A stretch of 64,000 nucleotides of DNA from the human T2T-CHM13v2.0 reference genome, Homo sapiens: the NCBI RefSeq assembly GCF_009914755.1, contig NC_060927.1. One strand, written 5' to 3'. A model generated the notes under the pieces. The model was not told the origin of the DNA. It made no database searches and saw only the letters and a list, made by a program, of their open reading frames with translations. The position numbers and the translations under genes are program-made. This document shows positions 51,800-64,000 of the stretch, in pieces (the stretch's first letter is position 1; each line of letters opens with the position of its first letter).

Positions 51800-52171
51800 T
51801 GCTGTAGTCTGAATGTGTCTCCCTCCAAAATTAACATGTTGAGATATAATGCCCAATGAAATAGTATTAAGAGGTGGGGCCTTTAGGAGGTAGTTAGGTC
51901 ATGAGGGCTTTACCCTACTGAATGAGATGAAGACCATTGTGAAAGAAGCTGCACATAGTGTTCATCTCTTTTCAATGCTCCCATCAAATGAAGATACAAT
52001 GTTCAGGGCACTATCTTGGAAGCAGTGACTTGGCCCTCACTAGACATGGAACCTGACAGTGTCTTAATATTGAACTTTCCCATCTCCATAGCTGTGAGCA
52101 ATAAACCTATACTTTTTATAAATTAGCCAGTCTAAGGTATTTGGTTATAGGAGCAGGAATGGACTAAGACA
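51800..52171 (+). mobile_element. MaLR solo LTR (MST/MLT1A-like)
   Basis: 'tgctgtagtctgaatgtgtctccctccaaaatt...gaggtggggcctttaggagg...aataaa...aatggactaagaca'. Confidence 0.85.
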
Positions 52172-52412
52172 AAAACTGAAAGAAACATAAATTTTAATAG
52201 AAGTCCTAGCGTGTATAAAGAAAAATTTAGAAGAGTAGTACATAAGATTCCGCAATAGAGTCTATACTTTAATATGGGGTTACTGTCAACCAAACTGTTT
52301 TACTGTTTTTAATGGAAAGATGGTTGAGCTATGGTTTAAAAGTAGGGAACTACATAGACTGTTCTCAATATTCTTCTACAAGTTGGTAATTTTCATGTGA
52401 AAGTATGTAATT

Positions 52413-52513
52413 GAGCATGATGCATCAGTTCCCTTTTAAAAGTGACAAGTATGTCATATAATACATATATGACATACTTGTCATTTTTAAAAGGGAACTG
52501 ATGCATCACGCTC
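52413..52513. repeat. Inverted repeat, 48-bp arms, 5-nt loop
   Basis: 52413-52460 versus 52466-52513, 2 mismatches by manual comparison. Confidence 0.93.
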
Positions 52514-52546
52514 TCTCTCTTTCTATATATATATATATACACATAC

Positions 52547-52585
<39 letters not shown>

Positions 52586-52609
52586 ATACACATACATATA
52601 TATATATAT
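52511..52609. repeat. (CT)n followed by compound (TA)n/(TACA)n microsatellite
   Basis: Directly visible. Confidence 0.9.
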
Positions 52610-55139
52610 CAGTGAAAGGCACCATGAGTGACTATATTTGAAGGCAAACAGCTTATTTATATACCAATACAAATTTCCAGGAAACAGTTATTGTAGGACA
52701 TCACAACAGAAATTATGTATTTTGATATGTTTAGTTTATAATTTTTGCAGCCATCCACTGAAGCATTTACTGGCACACAGCACCTTAATATGTATTTGTT
52801 GAATTAATGAATTTATTTTTGAATAAGTGAAGAAATTTAAAAAATGAATGATTCTGACTTTCTCTGGAGCCTGGTGACTTTGAGGTCCTAAACCAGATGA
52901 TATGCAAATTGTTCACTTTCAATTCATGCTGTGTTGAGTAACCAGACACGTGGGAATATAAGCTTGCATTGGCGGGTTGAGATTTCAGTGAGGCAAGTGA
53001 GGTGCTGCTTTAGGTACATAATTTAACAGATTGTAATACACTCAGTAATTAGTAAAAAGAATATTTTAAAGCAATATTTTTTAAAATCCAAAGTATATAT
53101 CCAAACATCAATGTTAATGCAAAAATTCATAATGAACAAAATATCAAGCTGGAAATGATGGTTTTTCTCACTACTTCAGGGATTAGATGAAGTGCAACCC
53201 TTCCCTGTAGATGCCAGGGAAAAATCTAAAAGTGCAGAGAGAGGTAACATCTCATGAGACTAACTTTAACCAGTGAAAGACACCATGAGTAACTATATGC
53301 AAAAACACTTATAAAGTGTCTGGCAAAAAATTAAGTCTTCCATCCCAACTTCCTTCCCCAGTCTTATATATAAGAGTGGCTTATACTATTTTAAAATCCT
53401 GTTTTCAGTGAAACATACTGAGATTGCCATTCTATCCAGTGTTTTCCATCTTTGGACAAATTGTATTGCATGTTAATAATTTGAACTATTTTAATATGCA
53501 TTTCCATTTAAAACTGACTAGTAGACATCTGTTGAACCAACTAGAAAATGGATTTTCAAAAACGAACCAGTGACTTAATTTAATAATGTGCAGGGAGTCA
53601 TATAGCTATCAACTCTCAAGCTTGACATAAATAATTTGTTTGACATTTGTGTTTTTCCACTTTTACTTTTTTATTAAAAGAATCTGCATTTGTATTTTAT
53701 GGAACATTGAGCAAAAATTACCAATGCTGCAATTCTGTGCTGTCTTCTTACAATAATAATTTTTCTGGTTATTTCTACCACACACCTTTTTGTTTGCTTT
53801 GTAAGAGGCAAAGTGCCAAAGAACTCTTACTATTTTTTTAACCTATAATTTTTCTGGTTAAAAATATCCTTAATAAATTAATATATGTTTCTATTCTTTT
53901 CTACTGGCCTAAAGTGCATAACATCAACACAAGTTCTGAAGTGACTTTATGTTGGCTAAATGATTTCTACGTTTTTGTTACTTCATTCAACAAACATTAA
54001 TTGCAAGCCTCAACAGGAAGTACTTTTTTAAAGTATACATTCAATATATCAATTAACTTCCTCTGATCTGAAGGGTGGCACTCTGTTTAGGAAATTTAAA
54101 TAAAAAACAAATGAGACACAAATGAATATTACAAATATTCATGCTTCAAGAGTTAAGAGTCAGACACAACTATAGACTATGAAGGAAGTGAAGGAAGATG
54201 ACACATGAGCTATGGGTTGCATGAGCACAGTGGAAAAGACATTGTAACTGCAAACTGGGAATCCATACAATCTGTCAAATAATTATTGTCTGAAGGGGGA
54301 AATGGTCCTTTAAACAATTAATTAATAGTCATCTGATACTATTTTTATATGTGTTCATACTTGAATCTCAAACACACTGGGAATACATGCAGATGAATTG
54401 CTAATAGCATTAAGCACATTCCTGTAAAATAAATATTTGAATAATGTACAGTTTGCATATATTCTACTACAAAATATCTGAAATTATGGAAACCAACTAG
54501 CAGGCACTTAAATAAATAAAAAGCTAGGGTTGGTTGGGAGAGAAATTACTTTTATGAAATATATCTTGTGGTTTTGAATTTATCTTTCTCCTCTTCTTTC
54601 CCTCCTCCTTCTAAATACTTTTCATTATATTAGTATGAGGAACACAGGAAAAAAAATCTGCAATAATATTAATTCATTGATATTTTAAGCAAACTCTAAG
54701 TAATCTGTACTTACTTCTCCATTCATAAAGAAAGAGCAATAAATCTTACAGGTTTTTTTTTCTAATATCCCTATCCCTACCAGTAATTACAGGCAGTATC
54801 TCAAAAGCACAGATGCTACATTTACTCCTATGTTATATTAGCTGGCTCCTATAATCATAGCTTAGAAAGTTAGGAACAAATTCAAATAGGATTTTAATTC
54901 CAATGAAAATTAAGTTCTGACTAGTTTACTATTAACCATATTTGAGCACTCTTTATTTATATATTTAGTTTTTTGTTCTGTGTTTCTTTCTTTCTTTAAA
55001 CATAAAATCAACTCCATTTGCACATTATCTAGACAGAACCATTTTCTCATTGTTCAGGGCTCTTAATTACCTCTCTCTTACTGGCCACGCATTTATTCAG
55101 GATTTGAAGAGTACAAGGGAAATGTAATTAATGAAATAA

Positions 55140-55345
55140 TATATTGAAGTTCTGAATGAGGTTGGCTTGCTATATCATTTACTAGCTGTGCAATCCCAAA
55201 TTCCTTAACCTCTCAAGTCTCACCTTCTTCATCAATAAAATGGAGAAAATTAGATCTACCTCATAGAGTCATCAGGCAGTTTCACTGATATTAAACACAT
55301 AAAGTAGCATGGTGTCTAGCATGAAGCACACTCAATACATTTTAA
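55140..55345 (+). mobile_element. MIR SINE
   Basis: 'catttactagctgtg...cttaacctctcaagtctcaccttcttcatcaataaaatggaga...tacctcatagag'. Confidence 0.65.
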
Positions 55346-56662
55346 ACATTACCATTTTTTTAAATGTAATTTATGCCAAGTCTCCCTTTTACTGTAGTGG
55401 AAATTGAAAGTTCAGTATAACTCAAACAATAGAGAAAGTAAATTGTCTTTTATAAAATGCTATGAAATGTCATAGGTAAGTAGCATTAATATAAATCATC
55501 ATTTCTTATTACATTACTAGGAATTAAATACATTTTAAGATTTCTATTGTCATTCTTTTGAATATTATCCAAACCACAACTCCTTTTTTGTTAAGGTAGA
55601 TGGTTAGGAGCTGAGTACAGAAAAACAAATGGTCTATTAGAATTGCTTTGAGAGATGGACATGAATATGTTCATGTACAAAAGCACATATCTAATTTTTA
55701 ACATACTTCCAAATTAATTGCAAGTAAAAATAAAGATTTGTCTTTCAAATAATGTTATAGGTATTATTAATGCACTATAAAATATAATTATTTTGTGTTT
55801 CACAAACAGTAGTCAATTGTGAATATTCTCTCTGTACTCTACTGTGCCAGTATATCCAATCAAAAACCAAAACTCAACTTTAAATAAACATCTTTCTCTT
55901 TATACTAAAACCTAATTCAAAATGATTATTTCAGACCCTCATAATAGCAACCATTACTCAGAGAAATCATACTTACTAAACTGGGTTCTGGGCATCATTA
56001 TAATAATGCTAGAAGGTATTTTAGGTAGTACATTTCCACGAATTTGAAAGTAAGACAATTTTGCAACAGACTAGAAAAGCAATATATAAAAACAGTGGTT
56101 ATAAGCAAAGCCACATGAAAAGATTTTTTTTAAAACCAGCATATACCTTGATAAAGGTAATATCATGTTTATGAAAGACTGCATTAATCTGACAAATAAT
56201 TGATCACTGAAAAAAAAACAGAAATTAAAATTCCTGAAACAAGCATTGCCTATACCCATCTTTGTGCAATCCTTAGAAGGGAGACATCAGAAAGCTAACT
56301 TATGATTGTAGTCTGTTGGGGGGCGGTAGCTAATGACATTTTGTATGAGTAGACACATCGAAGTATAAAAGATGGTGCTACTATGCATTTAAATCTTGTA
56401 TTTCTCCAGCCTCTGCTTCTTGATTACTGTGGTAATCGTTAGTGCTGTTTACCAAATATTCTCAGCTCTCTTCCTTGGGGACACATGGTAGAACTGTGCT
56501 TCCCAATCCACTTTGACTTTGGACTGTGTCACCTCTAGATTGAAGCTACAACAGTGAGTATGTGATTCACCATATTCCTCTTCCTTGACATGGCAATCGT
56601 TGAAGCATGAGGATGATTTATTGTGAAGCTATTAAAACTTGTAATTTTGTGTTATGTATCTT

Positions 56663-56952
56663 TTTTTTTTTTTTTTTTTTTTGAGACGGAGTCTCGCTCT
56701 GTCGCGCAGGCTGGAGGGCAGTGGCGCGATCTCGACTCACTGCAAGCACCGCCTCCCGGGTTCATGCCATTCTCCTGCCTCAGTAGGGACTACAGGCGCC
56801 CGCCACCACGCCCGGCTAATTTTTTGTATTTTGTAGTAGAGACAGGGTTTCACCGTGTTAGCCAGGATGGTCTCGATCTCCTGACCTCGTGATCCGCCCG
56901 CCTCAGCCTCCCACAGTGCTGGGATTACAGGCATGAGCCACCGCGACCTGCC
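56663..56952 (-). mobile_element. AluY
   Basis: CpG-rich, Y-type 'ccgtgttagccaggatggtctcgatctcctgacctcgtgatcc'; TSD gttat(g/a)tatctt at 56651-56662 / 56953-56964; about 12 bp missing in the right arm near 56783. Confidence 0.93.
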
Positions 56953-57589
56953 GTTATATATCTTAAAAAGTGCATCTGAAACAGTATAAGCCTTAAGACC
57001 CCACAAATCCTGGACCTGTCACAGACAGCGTGTGACATAGGGTCGGCATCAGCATATTTCCCTGATATACTACAATGAGAAGGCTACCCTGATGATAAAG
57101 GTTAAACATATATAAGCAAGAAATCAATCTTTTTCAGGAAATTTGGGGATTGTCACAGTAGCATCATCTAGATTATACCAACTGACAGAATTGACTAAAT
57201 AATTTCCTGCAGAGGCAGAATGTGCTAGTTAGATCAAAGTAAATACCTAATTGGCCTGATAGTTATATTTCATATGTAAGTGAATTACCTAGAATTTTGA
57301 TGCATCTATCAATTGTTCATTAACTTAAATTGAGTGTCTTGGTATCTAAGACTCTAAGAATTGGGCAAAATCAAGTTTGTAGCAAACAAAGCTACTGCTT
57401 AGACATTGGAAACTAGTCTAGCTCAGGTGTTAACAGCTAGAGTTGTTAATTTTGAGAGAAATTCAAGCAAGATCTGAGTAGTATCTAAGACATGAGCATA
57501 AACCCTCTAACTCCACCTCATTTTCTATTTATACTTTATTACTTAAACAGTGGCAGTCCGCCAACTTATTTGTCTTTTATTGCATTGTG

Positions 57590-57780
57590 TTAAATAGAAA
57601 TCCATGAGTGGCAGTGAATTGGACTCCTAATTCAATCATTTATTAGTTGTGTAATCTAGTATGTATAAGTTACCTATCACTCTAAGCCTCCATTTGTTCA
57701 TGTGAAAATGAGATCAATAATCTTGCTTACAGTTCTTTGTGGTGGGAATTAAATGAGGTCATGTTGGTAGATACAATATT
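57590..57780 (+). mobile_element. MIR SINE
   Basis: 'tctaagcctccatttgttcatgtgaaaatgag...gaattaaatgag'. Confidence 0.6.
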
Positions 57781-57875
57781 AATGAAATCTATAAGGAAGA
57801 TGGAGAACTGAAGACAAAATATTACCATTGTTCATCCCTTGAGTGCATGATATTTACATTGAAGTTTTTCATATT

Positions 57876-58710
57876 TGTGGTAGCTGGCCTCCAAGATGAT
57901 TCTCAAAATTATATATATATTTCTTTCTTCTTTTGAGATGGAGTCTCACTCTGTTGCCCAGGCTGGAGTATAGTGACATGATTCACAGTTTACTGCAGCC
58001 TAGACCTCCTGGGTAGCTGGGACTACACGCATACATAGTCCCACCTCAGCTTCCCTAGTAGTTGGGATTACCGGCACATGTTATTTGTAGAGGAAAGGTC
58101 TTGCTATGTTTCCCAGGCTATTCTGGAACTCCTGGATGTAAGCAATCCTCCTGTCTTGGCGTCCTGAAGTGCTGGAATTACAGGCATGAGCCACCGCACT
58201 GGGATGTAATCTTTTCTTGGTATTCATGTCCTTACATAGTTCCCTCCCACAATGAGTGATAAGACTGATGTGTTTGGCAATAGAATATTGAAGAAGTAAC
58301 AGAATGTGACTTCTGAGGCAAAGTTATAAAAATCATTGATTCTACCATCTCTCCTCTCTGGGTTTGCTCACTCTGAACAAAACCAGCAGCCATGTCACAA
58401 GGAAAATCAAGCAGCACAAAAGAGAGGCCAACACAGGGAAGAACTGAGGCCTCTGCCAACAAACACCACCAACTTGCCAGGCATATAAGTGAGCCATCTT
58501 GGAAGCAAATCTTCGAGGTCCAACCTCCATCTGAGGGTAGTCCCGGCCAACATGTTGACTCAGTCTCATGAGAAACCCTGGGTCAGAACAGTGCAGCTGA
58601 GCCACCCTCAAATTACGGCCCCCAAACAGAGAGATAGCAAATGTTTACTTTTGTTTTAAGCACACTAAGTATTGGGGTAATTTGTTACACAGCAATAAAT
58701 AACTAATATA
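57876..58710 (+). mobile_element. MLT1F-like MaLR solo LTR interrupted by an Alu
   Basis: Start 'tgtggtagctggcctccaagatg', end 'ggggtaatttgttacacagcaataaataactaatata'. Confidence 0.82.
57921..58202 (-). mobile_element. AluJ, internally rearranged
   Basis: J-type 'actgcagcctagacctcctggg' and 'aagcaatcctcctgtcttgg'. Confidence 0.82.
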
Positions 58711-59311
58711 ATTCTACTTTGATTCTTCTTTCAGTAATGAAACCATTAACTGTTAAAATAAACACGAAATTTATATCCCCAGAGAAGAAACCAGCAAAGT
58801 TATATAATGCTTCACAGGACTTCCACATGCTGCTGTGTTGAGAACCATATTATTGCCTAGGCTCTATGACTTTGTAACAAAGACTCTAAGCCAAGCAAAG
58901 TATTTATTTATTGCCTGTATGGAAATATACATAAAATAATCTTTCTGTTTCCATTTATTTCTCCTTGTTTTATTAGTCTACACCAGCTATTTCAAACACA
59001 GCATTGTGGGAAAGAGTATCAGTCTGGACTTTGGCATTTTTGTCACACTGTTTCATTCCTTAGCTTCTAAAGTGTCTCTTTTTCTTAAAATGAGAAAGAT
59101 CTTTAAAAAGAGCCCCAAAACCTGTGCATATTGTTTGCCATCTAGTTCTCACAAGTTAAAAATTAAGCTGGGAGGGACGGGGCCCTCGACTGCTTTAAAC
59201 CCCACTCTCGGCATGGCTACCACAGGCCCTGCAGCCAAGAGTTCCAAAATTTTAACTGATGAAACTACTTCAGGAATGTCATTTCTATACCCAGATACTT
59301 CCCTCATTCAC

Positions 59312-59610
59312 TGTATTAGGCTGTTCTTGCACTGCTATGAAGAAATACCTCAGATTGGGCAATTTATAAGAAAAGGGGTTTAACTGACTCACAGTTCTGC
59401 AGGCTACACAGGAAGCATCGCAGCATCTGCTTCTAGCGAGGCCTCAGGAAGCTTCCAATCATGCTGGAAGGCAAAGGGGGAGCAGACACATCACATAGCA
59501 AGAACAGGAGCAAGAGAGAAGGAATGAGGTATCACATACTTTTAAATAACCAGATCTCATGTGAACTGAGTGATATAAACAATTCCCATCAGGTCCCACC
59601 TCCAACACTG
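59312..59610 (-). mobile_element. MSTA/B-like MaLR LTR, partial
   Basis: 'tgtattaggctgttcttgcactgctat...gaggcctcaggaagcttccaatcatg'. Confidence 0.85.
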
Positions 59611-60659
59611 AAACATATGAATAAAAAGTCATGAACTTGCCATTTATAATATAGCATTAACTTCATTATACGACTTCTTTGGGATTATTGTAGGTAAACT
59701 GCTGCAGCAACGTGAATGTATGATCACATGATGTCAATAGCTAGCAATTTCAATTAATGTTAAGTGAAACTCTAATTGAAAATTGTCAATAAGGTGGGGA
59801 TTTTATGACAAAAATAAAACAATCACCATTTTGTGACCAATAAAAATATCAATGAAGTGAGTACAATGGGGAACAACTGAAAATTGTGAAAGTAAATGGA
59901 CCATAAATGCCTAAATGGATTTTTAAAGATTTTTTTCCAACCACATCTGTAGATTTGATTGATCTGTACTATCTGCCTTATAAGCATCAAGGAATTTATT
60001 CTACTTTTTTTTTTAGCATACCTAGAAATCCCATGCAATTATCACTGGAATTAGAATGCTTTAACAATTATAAGGTCGTTGGAAATAACTTCAGAAGTAT
60101 TCAGGTTTATTTTCTGTCTATCCTGCAGTGACAAAGCATTTGTTTATTGATGTGAGGTATATGAAGTCTTAATCTGCCGCATGTAGCACCAGATTAAGAA
60201 GAGAATTCCTACCATGATCAGGTATTTCAGAGAAGAACTACTAATTTTCTGTTCTAGTTATCCCAGAAAGATACTGTTGTTGATGTTTTTCAAGCTACCC
60301 ATGCTTAACATCCAAATGAGCCATGCCAAGGCAATAAAATTTCTGGTCAGACAATATGACAGACAGTAGTGACATTCAAAATAATTAGCAAACTGAATAG
60401 CTCTACATCCCAATCAGAATCAAGACTGCTGTAGTACTAAAACAGGGTTAGAGACCCCTTGCCATACCATGAGTTAACCTAGTCTAGGGGCCGAAGCAGC
60501 TGTGCAGTTGGAGAAACCATATTTAGGGGAATTCAAGAAAAAGGCTATTAATAATAAGGAGAGAATTACTTCAATACTTTAATAACTAATATAGCTGTAC
60601 TGCATATGGCTGATGTCAACATGGCCTGACAAGATAAAAAGCAGTCTTTAAAATTATTC

Positions 60660-60950
60660 CAAAGATACTGTCACTGCCTAACTCATGTGTGGAACATTTT
60701 TTTAGAGTTGCCTTCAGAGCCAGTTTATAAACCATACAAGAAAAAGTCTCATTAATTTTATAATACCTCATTTTTTACCAAAAATGGTATTACACAACTT
60801 GTTCACTCACATTATTCACCATACTTGGCTCTGAGTGGCTTTTAGCTATTTCCAAAAATCAGACTCAAACTCCAAAGACAAAAATATATTAAGGATATAT
60901 TTTACAACGTTTTATGCAGTATCTAAAGCAACTCCAAATGAGGAAAAATG
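60660..60950 (+). mobile_element. Ancient mariner-family fossil (MARNA-like)
   Basis: 'tattcaccatacttggctctgagtggcttttagctatttccaaaa' (about 60813-60858) translates YSPYLALSGF*LFPK, a decayed mariner YSPDLAPSDF.LFP motif. Confidence 0.6.
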
Positions 60951-61399
60951 TTAACTGTACTAAGTTCCTATAACATGCTGTTACAGTACTAAAACTTACA
61001 AATAGTTATCCCATTTAATTTTACATAATTTTATTTTACATCATTGACCACTTGAAAGTCTGAACTCCAAGACAGCAAAAATTTTAAGACAAAAACTCAC
61101 AACACTATAGAGATATTGACTTCATCTTATATGATAGCCTATGTCCTAATTATAACTTCTCGCTTTAATTACTAGACTCATAGGTAATAACATATTGAAA
61201 GAAACAGGACAAAGTTTCTGAATACCTTAAAGTAAACAGAAGCTAGGATTTATTGGGTGCCCATTACATACCAAGGCTACCACATGTTAGAACTAGTTTT
61301 TGCACAAAATTTAAAAGACTATATTTGGCCATGCAGTATGTGACATTTCTACATATCTTGGTATTAACCAACTGCTAACTGAAAATAATTTCTATTATT

Positions 61400-61640
61400 G
61401 TACTTTTTAACAACATTTAAAGCACTTACTATAAAATAGGCATGTGTAAAATCATTATACATTATATTATTCCCTACAATATCCCTGCAGAGTTGGTACT
61501 ATTTAAATTATTGTTTTATAGATGAAGAAATGGAGGCTTAGATATATTAAGAAGGTTGTCTATGGTGACAGAGCAGAACCAAGATCTTAACCCAGGCACC
61601 CTGATTCTAGAACCATATTCTTATCACTCTGCTGCATTGA
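61400..61640 (-). mobile_element. MIR SINE
   Basis: 'ttttatagatgaagaaatggaggcttaga...gtgacagagcagaaccaagat'. Confidence 0.7.
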
Positions 61641-61669
61641 AGGAATTGATGAGAACACTGACATATGTT

Positions 61670-62031
61670 TGTGTCAGAGTTTGAGCTGCTATGACAAAGT
61701 ACCACAGACTGGGTGGCTTAAAGTTAACAAAAAAATTGTGTGTTTGTTATAGTTATAGAGACTGGGAGTTCAACATCAGGGTGATTGCGTGGTGAGTCCT
61801 GGGGAGAGCCTTCTTCCTATTGTGGACTGCCCTATTTCCTCACATAGCAAAGGAGGGCAAGAGAGCACTCTGAGGTCCTTTTTGTATGCGCACTAACATC
61901 ATTCATGAGGGCTCCATTTCATGACCTAATTACCTCCCAAAAGTCTCACTTCCAAATACAATCCCATTGTGTTTGGAATTAGGATTCCAACATGTAAAAT
62001 TTGAGGGACACAAACATTCAGTCCATTGTAG
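61670..62031 (-). mobile_element. MLT1A-like MaLR solo LTR
   Basis: 'gctgctatgacaaagtaccacagactgggtggctta...atgacctaattacctcccaaaa...gggacacaaacattcagtccat'. Confidence 0.82.
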
Positions 62032-62369
62032 CTTGCTACTTTTTAAAAGCAGAAATGTTCTTATATGCTTGAATGAAGTTTGTTCACTCTTGTATGATTT
62101 GCATGCAAGTGGGCACAGAATGAGTTGACTAACCCAGAAGACAGAAGAGAGAAAGAAGGAGCCTGCATCATGTGATAGAAGAAGCACCCATTCTTCAACA
62201 TCCCCTAAATATCTTCACTAAAGTAGGGCTCAGAATGGCTGAAATTTCCACTGCAAATTCATCCTCTAGGAAAAGCAACAATTACGTTGTCTTGACACTT
62301 GTGTTGCCAATTACATGTCACAAGTAGCTACTTATATACTGAAAATATATGATTTTTAAAGTTATTTAC

Positions 62370-63830
62370 TTTTTAAATTTGTTAGAAAAAGTTTTGTTGT
62401 TCAACATATGCACAGAAAATTATAGCAAACATATCTGTACATTTTAAAATGTAGGAAATACTCTGATGTGATCACCTCTTGGTAGGAAATAGGGCAAAGC
62501 CTGTACTGAGTGCCTTTCCCAATCTCATCTCCTTCCTTCCTCTCAAAAGACAGTGACTCGACTCATTATCCTGACTTCTGTGGTTTCATTATCTTACTTG
62601 TCTTCAGCTTATCATCCATACAGATATCCTTAAATATTATATTTTCAAATTTTGCCCTTTTTAATTTTATGCAAATGGTATCATCCTGTATATATTTTTG
62701 ACTAATTTTTTAGCATAGCTATAGCATTAATCTATACTGATGTATAACAGTATTTTATTTTCATGGCTATATATAGTTTTTATTGTATACCCCAATTCAT
62801 TTATTCAGTCTATTGTTGATAGGTAATTGAATTATTTCCAGGTTTTTTAGTTACAAAAACAATGCTTCTATGTTCTAAGAATATTGTTCTTGAAAAACAA
62901 CTCCTGGTCCACATTTGGAAACAAATCTCTAGGAATAGAACTGTTCATTACTATCTGCTCCTCTCTTATTTCATAAAAATAAAGGGCTGAAGAAGACATT
63001 TACAAGCCTTCTCAAAGCCATTTTTGGCCATGTGACTCAGTTCTTGCTAATGGAGTCTCGTGAAAAGGAGGTAAGACATTTTCTGGTCTAGGCCTTAAAA
63101 AATTGATATATACTTTCCGTATTCTCTCTCCCCTTCCCACACTCTGGGACACAGACATTCCTGCAATCCAGCTGATAGACCATGCAAAAATAGACAATAC
63201 CTAAAAAATGACCAAGTAATGTGATAGAAGAATCATTGATCCTTGAATGACTGTGTAGAAGAAGCCACTTCTAAAACTGGACCATTCACTTGGAACTGTT
63301 GTTATGTTAAATAAAACCATACCCATCAGCAGATTATGAGTTCTCATTATTGTAACTACTCCTTCACATTTGGCATTATTAGTCATTTTTATTTTTATAA
63401 TTTTAGTGAGTGTCAAATGCTATCTCATTGAGTGTTAAGTTACATTTCCCTGACTGCTAATCTTTTTCATGTGATTTTTGCTCGATTTGATTTCTTCTTC
63501 TATGAAGCACATGTTTAAGTCTTTGGGCCATTTCTCTATTTGATTGTCTTTTCCTTAGTAATTTAGAAGAGTTCTTTATAATTTGGGTGAAAGGGCTAGT
63601 CTTCTGTCCATTACATTTTTTGCAAATATCTTTCATTCTCTTTATGATATCTTGGTGAGGTTTTTATCCTAATGAAGTCAAATGTGTTAGATTCTTCTTT
63701 TATTTTTTGTGCTTTCTTTCTTGTTTTGACAATGCATAAGAAATTATTTTCTTCCCCAACATAATAAAGATTTTCACCTAAGTTCTTCAAAAAGCTTTAG
63801 GCCATTACCTTTTGAATTTAGTTCATTAGT
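62370..63830 (-). mobile_element. Ancient L1ME-like 3' region, split by an old MLT1-type LTR at about 62945-63335
   Basis: T-rich L1 3' motifs ('ttattcagtctattgttgataggtaattg', 'catttccctgactgctaat'); LTR motif 'ggccatgtgactcagttcttgctaatgg'. Confidence 0.6.
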
Positions 63831-64000
63831 TGACTCACTTAAGTTCTGATATGCTTTTTTCCACAGAAGAGTAAAGGGTGGAGTTACAACTGGCAGATGG
63901 GAATTCCAAATAATCATGGGTGTGCCTATGAGCATTTGTAGTTTATGTGAATACCATCATTCATCAGTATTGAGAAGGGAAAAATGAAGTTTGTGAAGAG

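Overview
AT-rich, repeat-dense primate genomic DNA. AluJ/S/Y together with L1PA2/3 point to a hominoid, probably human. It is not prokaryotic, and I recognise no host protein-coding exon, RNA gene or CRISPR array, so it looks intergenic or deep-intronic. Almost all long ORFs in the track are LINE-1 or Tigger1 remnants. Main content: a full-length but inactivated L1PA2/3 (10278-16290, 17-bp TSD, open antisense ORF0), inside a ~20-kb nest of L1/LTR/Alu insertions; three 5'-inverted (twin-primed) L1s of different ages, one also carrying an apparent ~400-bp 3' transduction; Tigger1, Charlie1, MER5 and mariner-like DNA-transposon fossils; many MaLR/ERVL solo LTRs, Alus, MIR and L2. Two long near-perfect hairpins in unique sequence (42995-43078, 52413-52513) are not explained by these repeats. 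I found no convincing new biological system. Subfamily names come from recalled consensus features and need RepeatMasker/Dfam confirmation; boundaries of old repeats are approximate.
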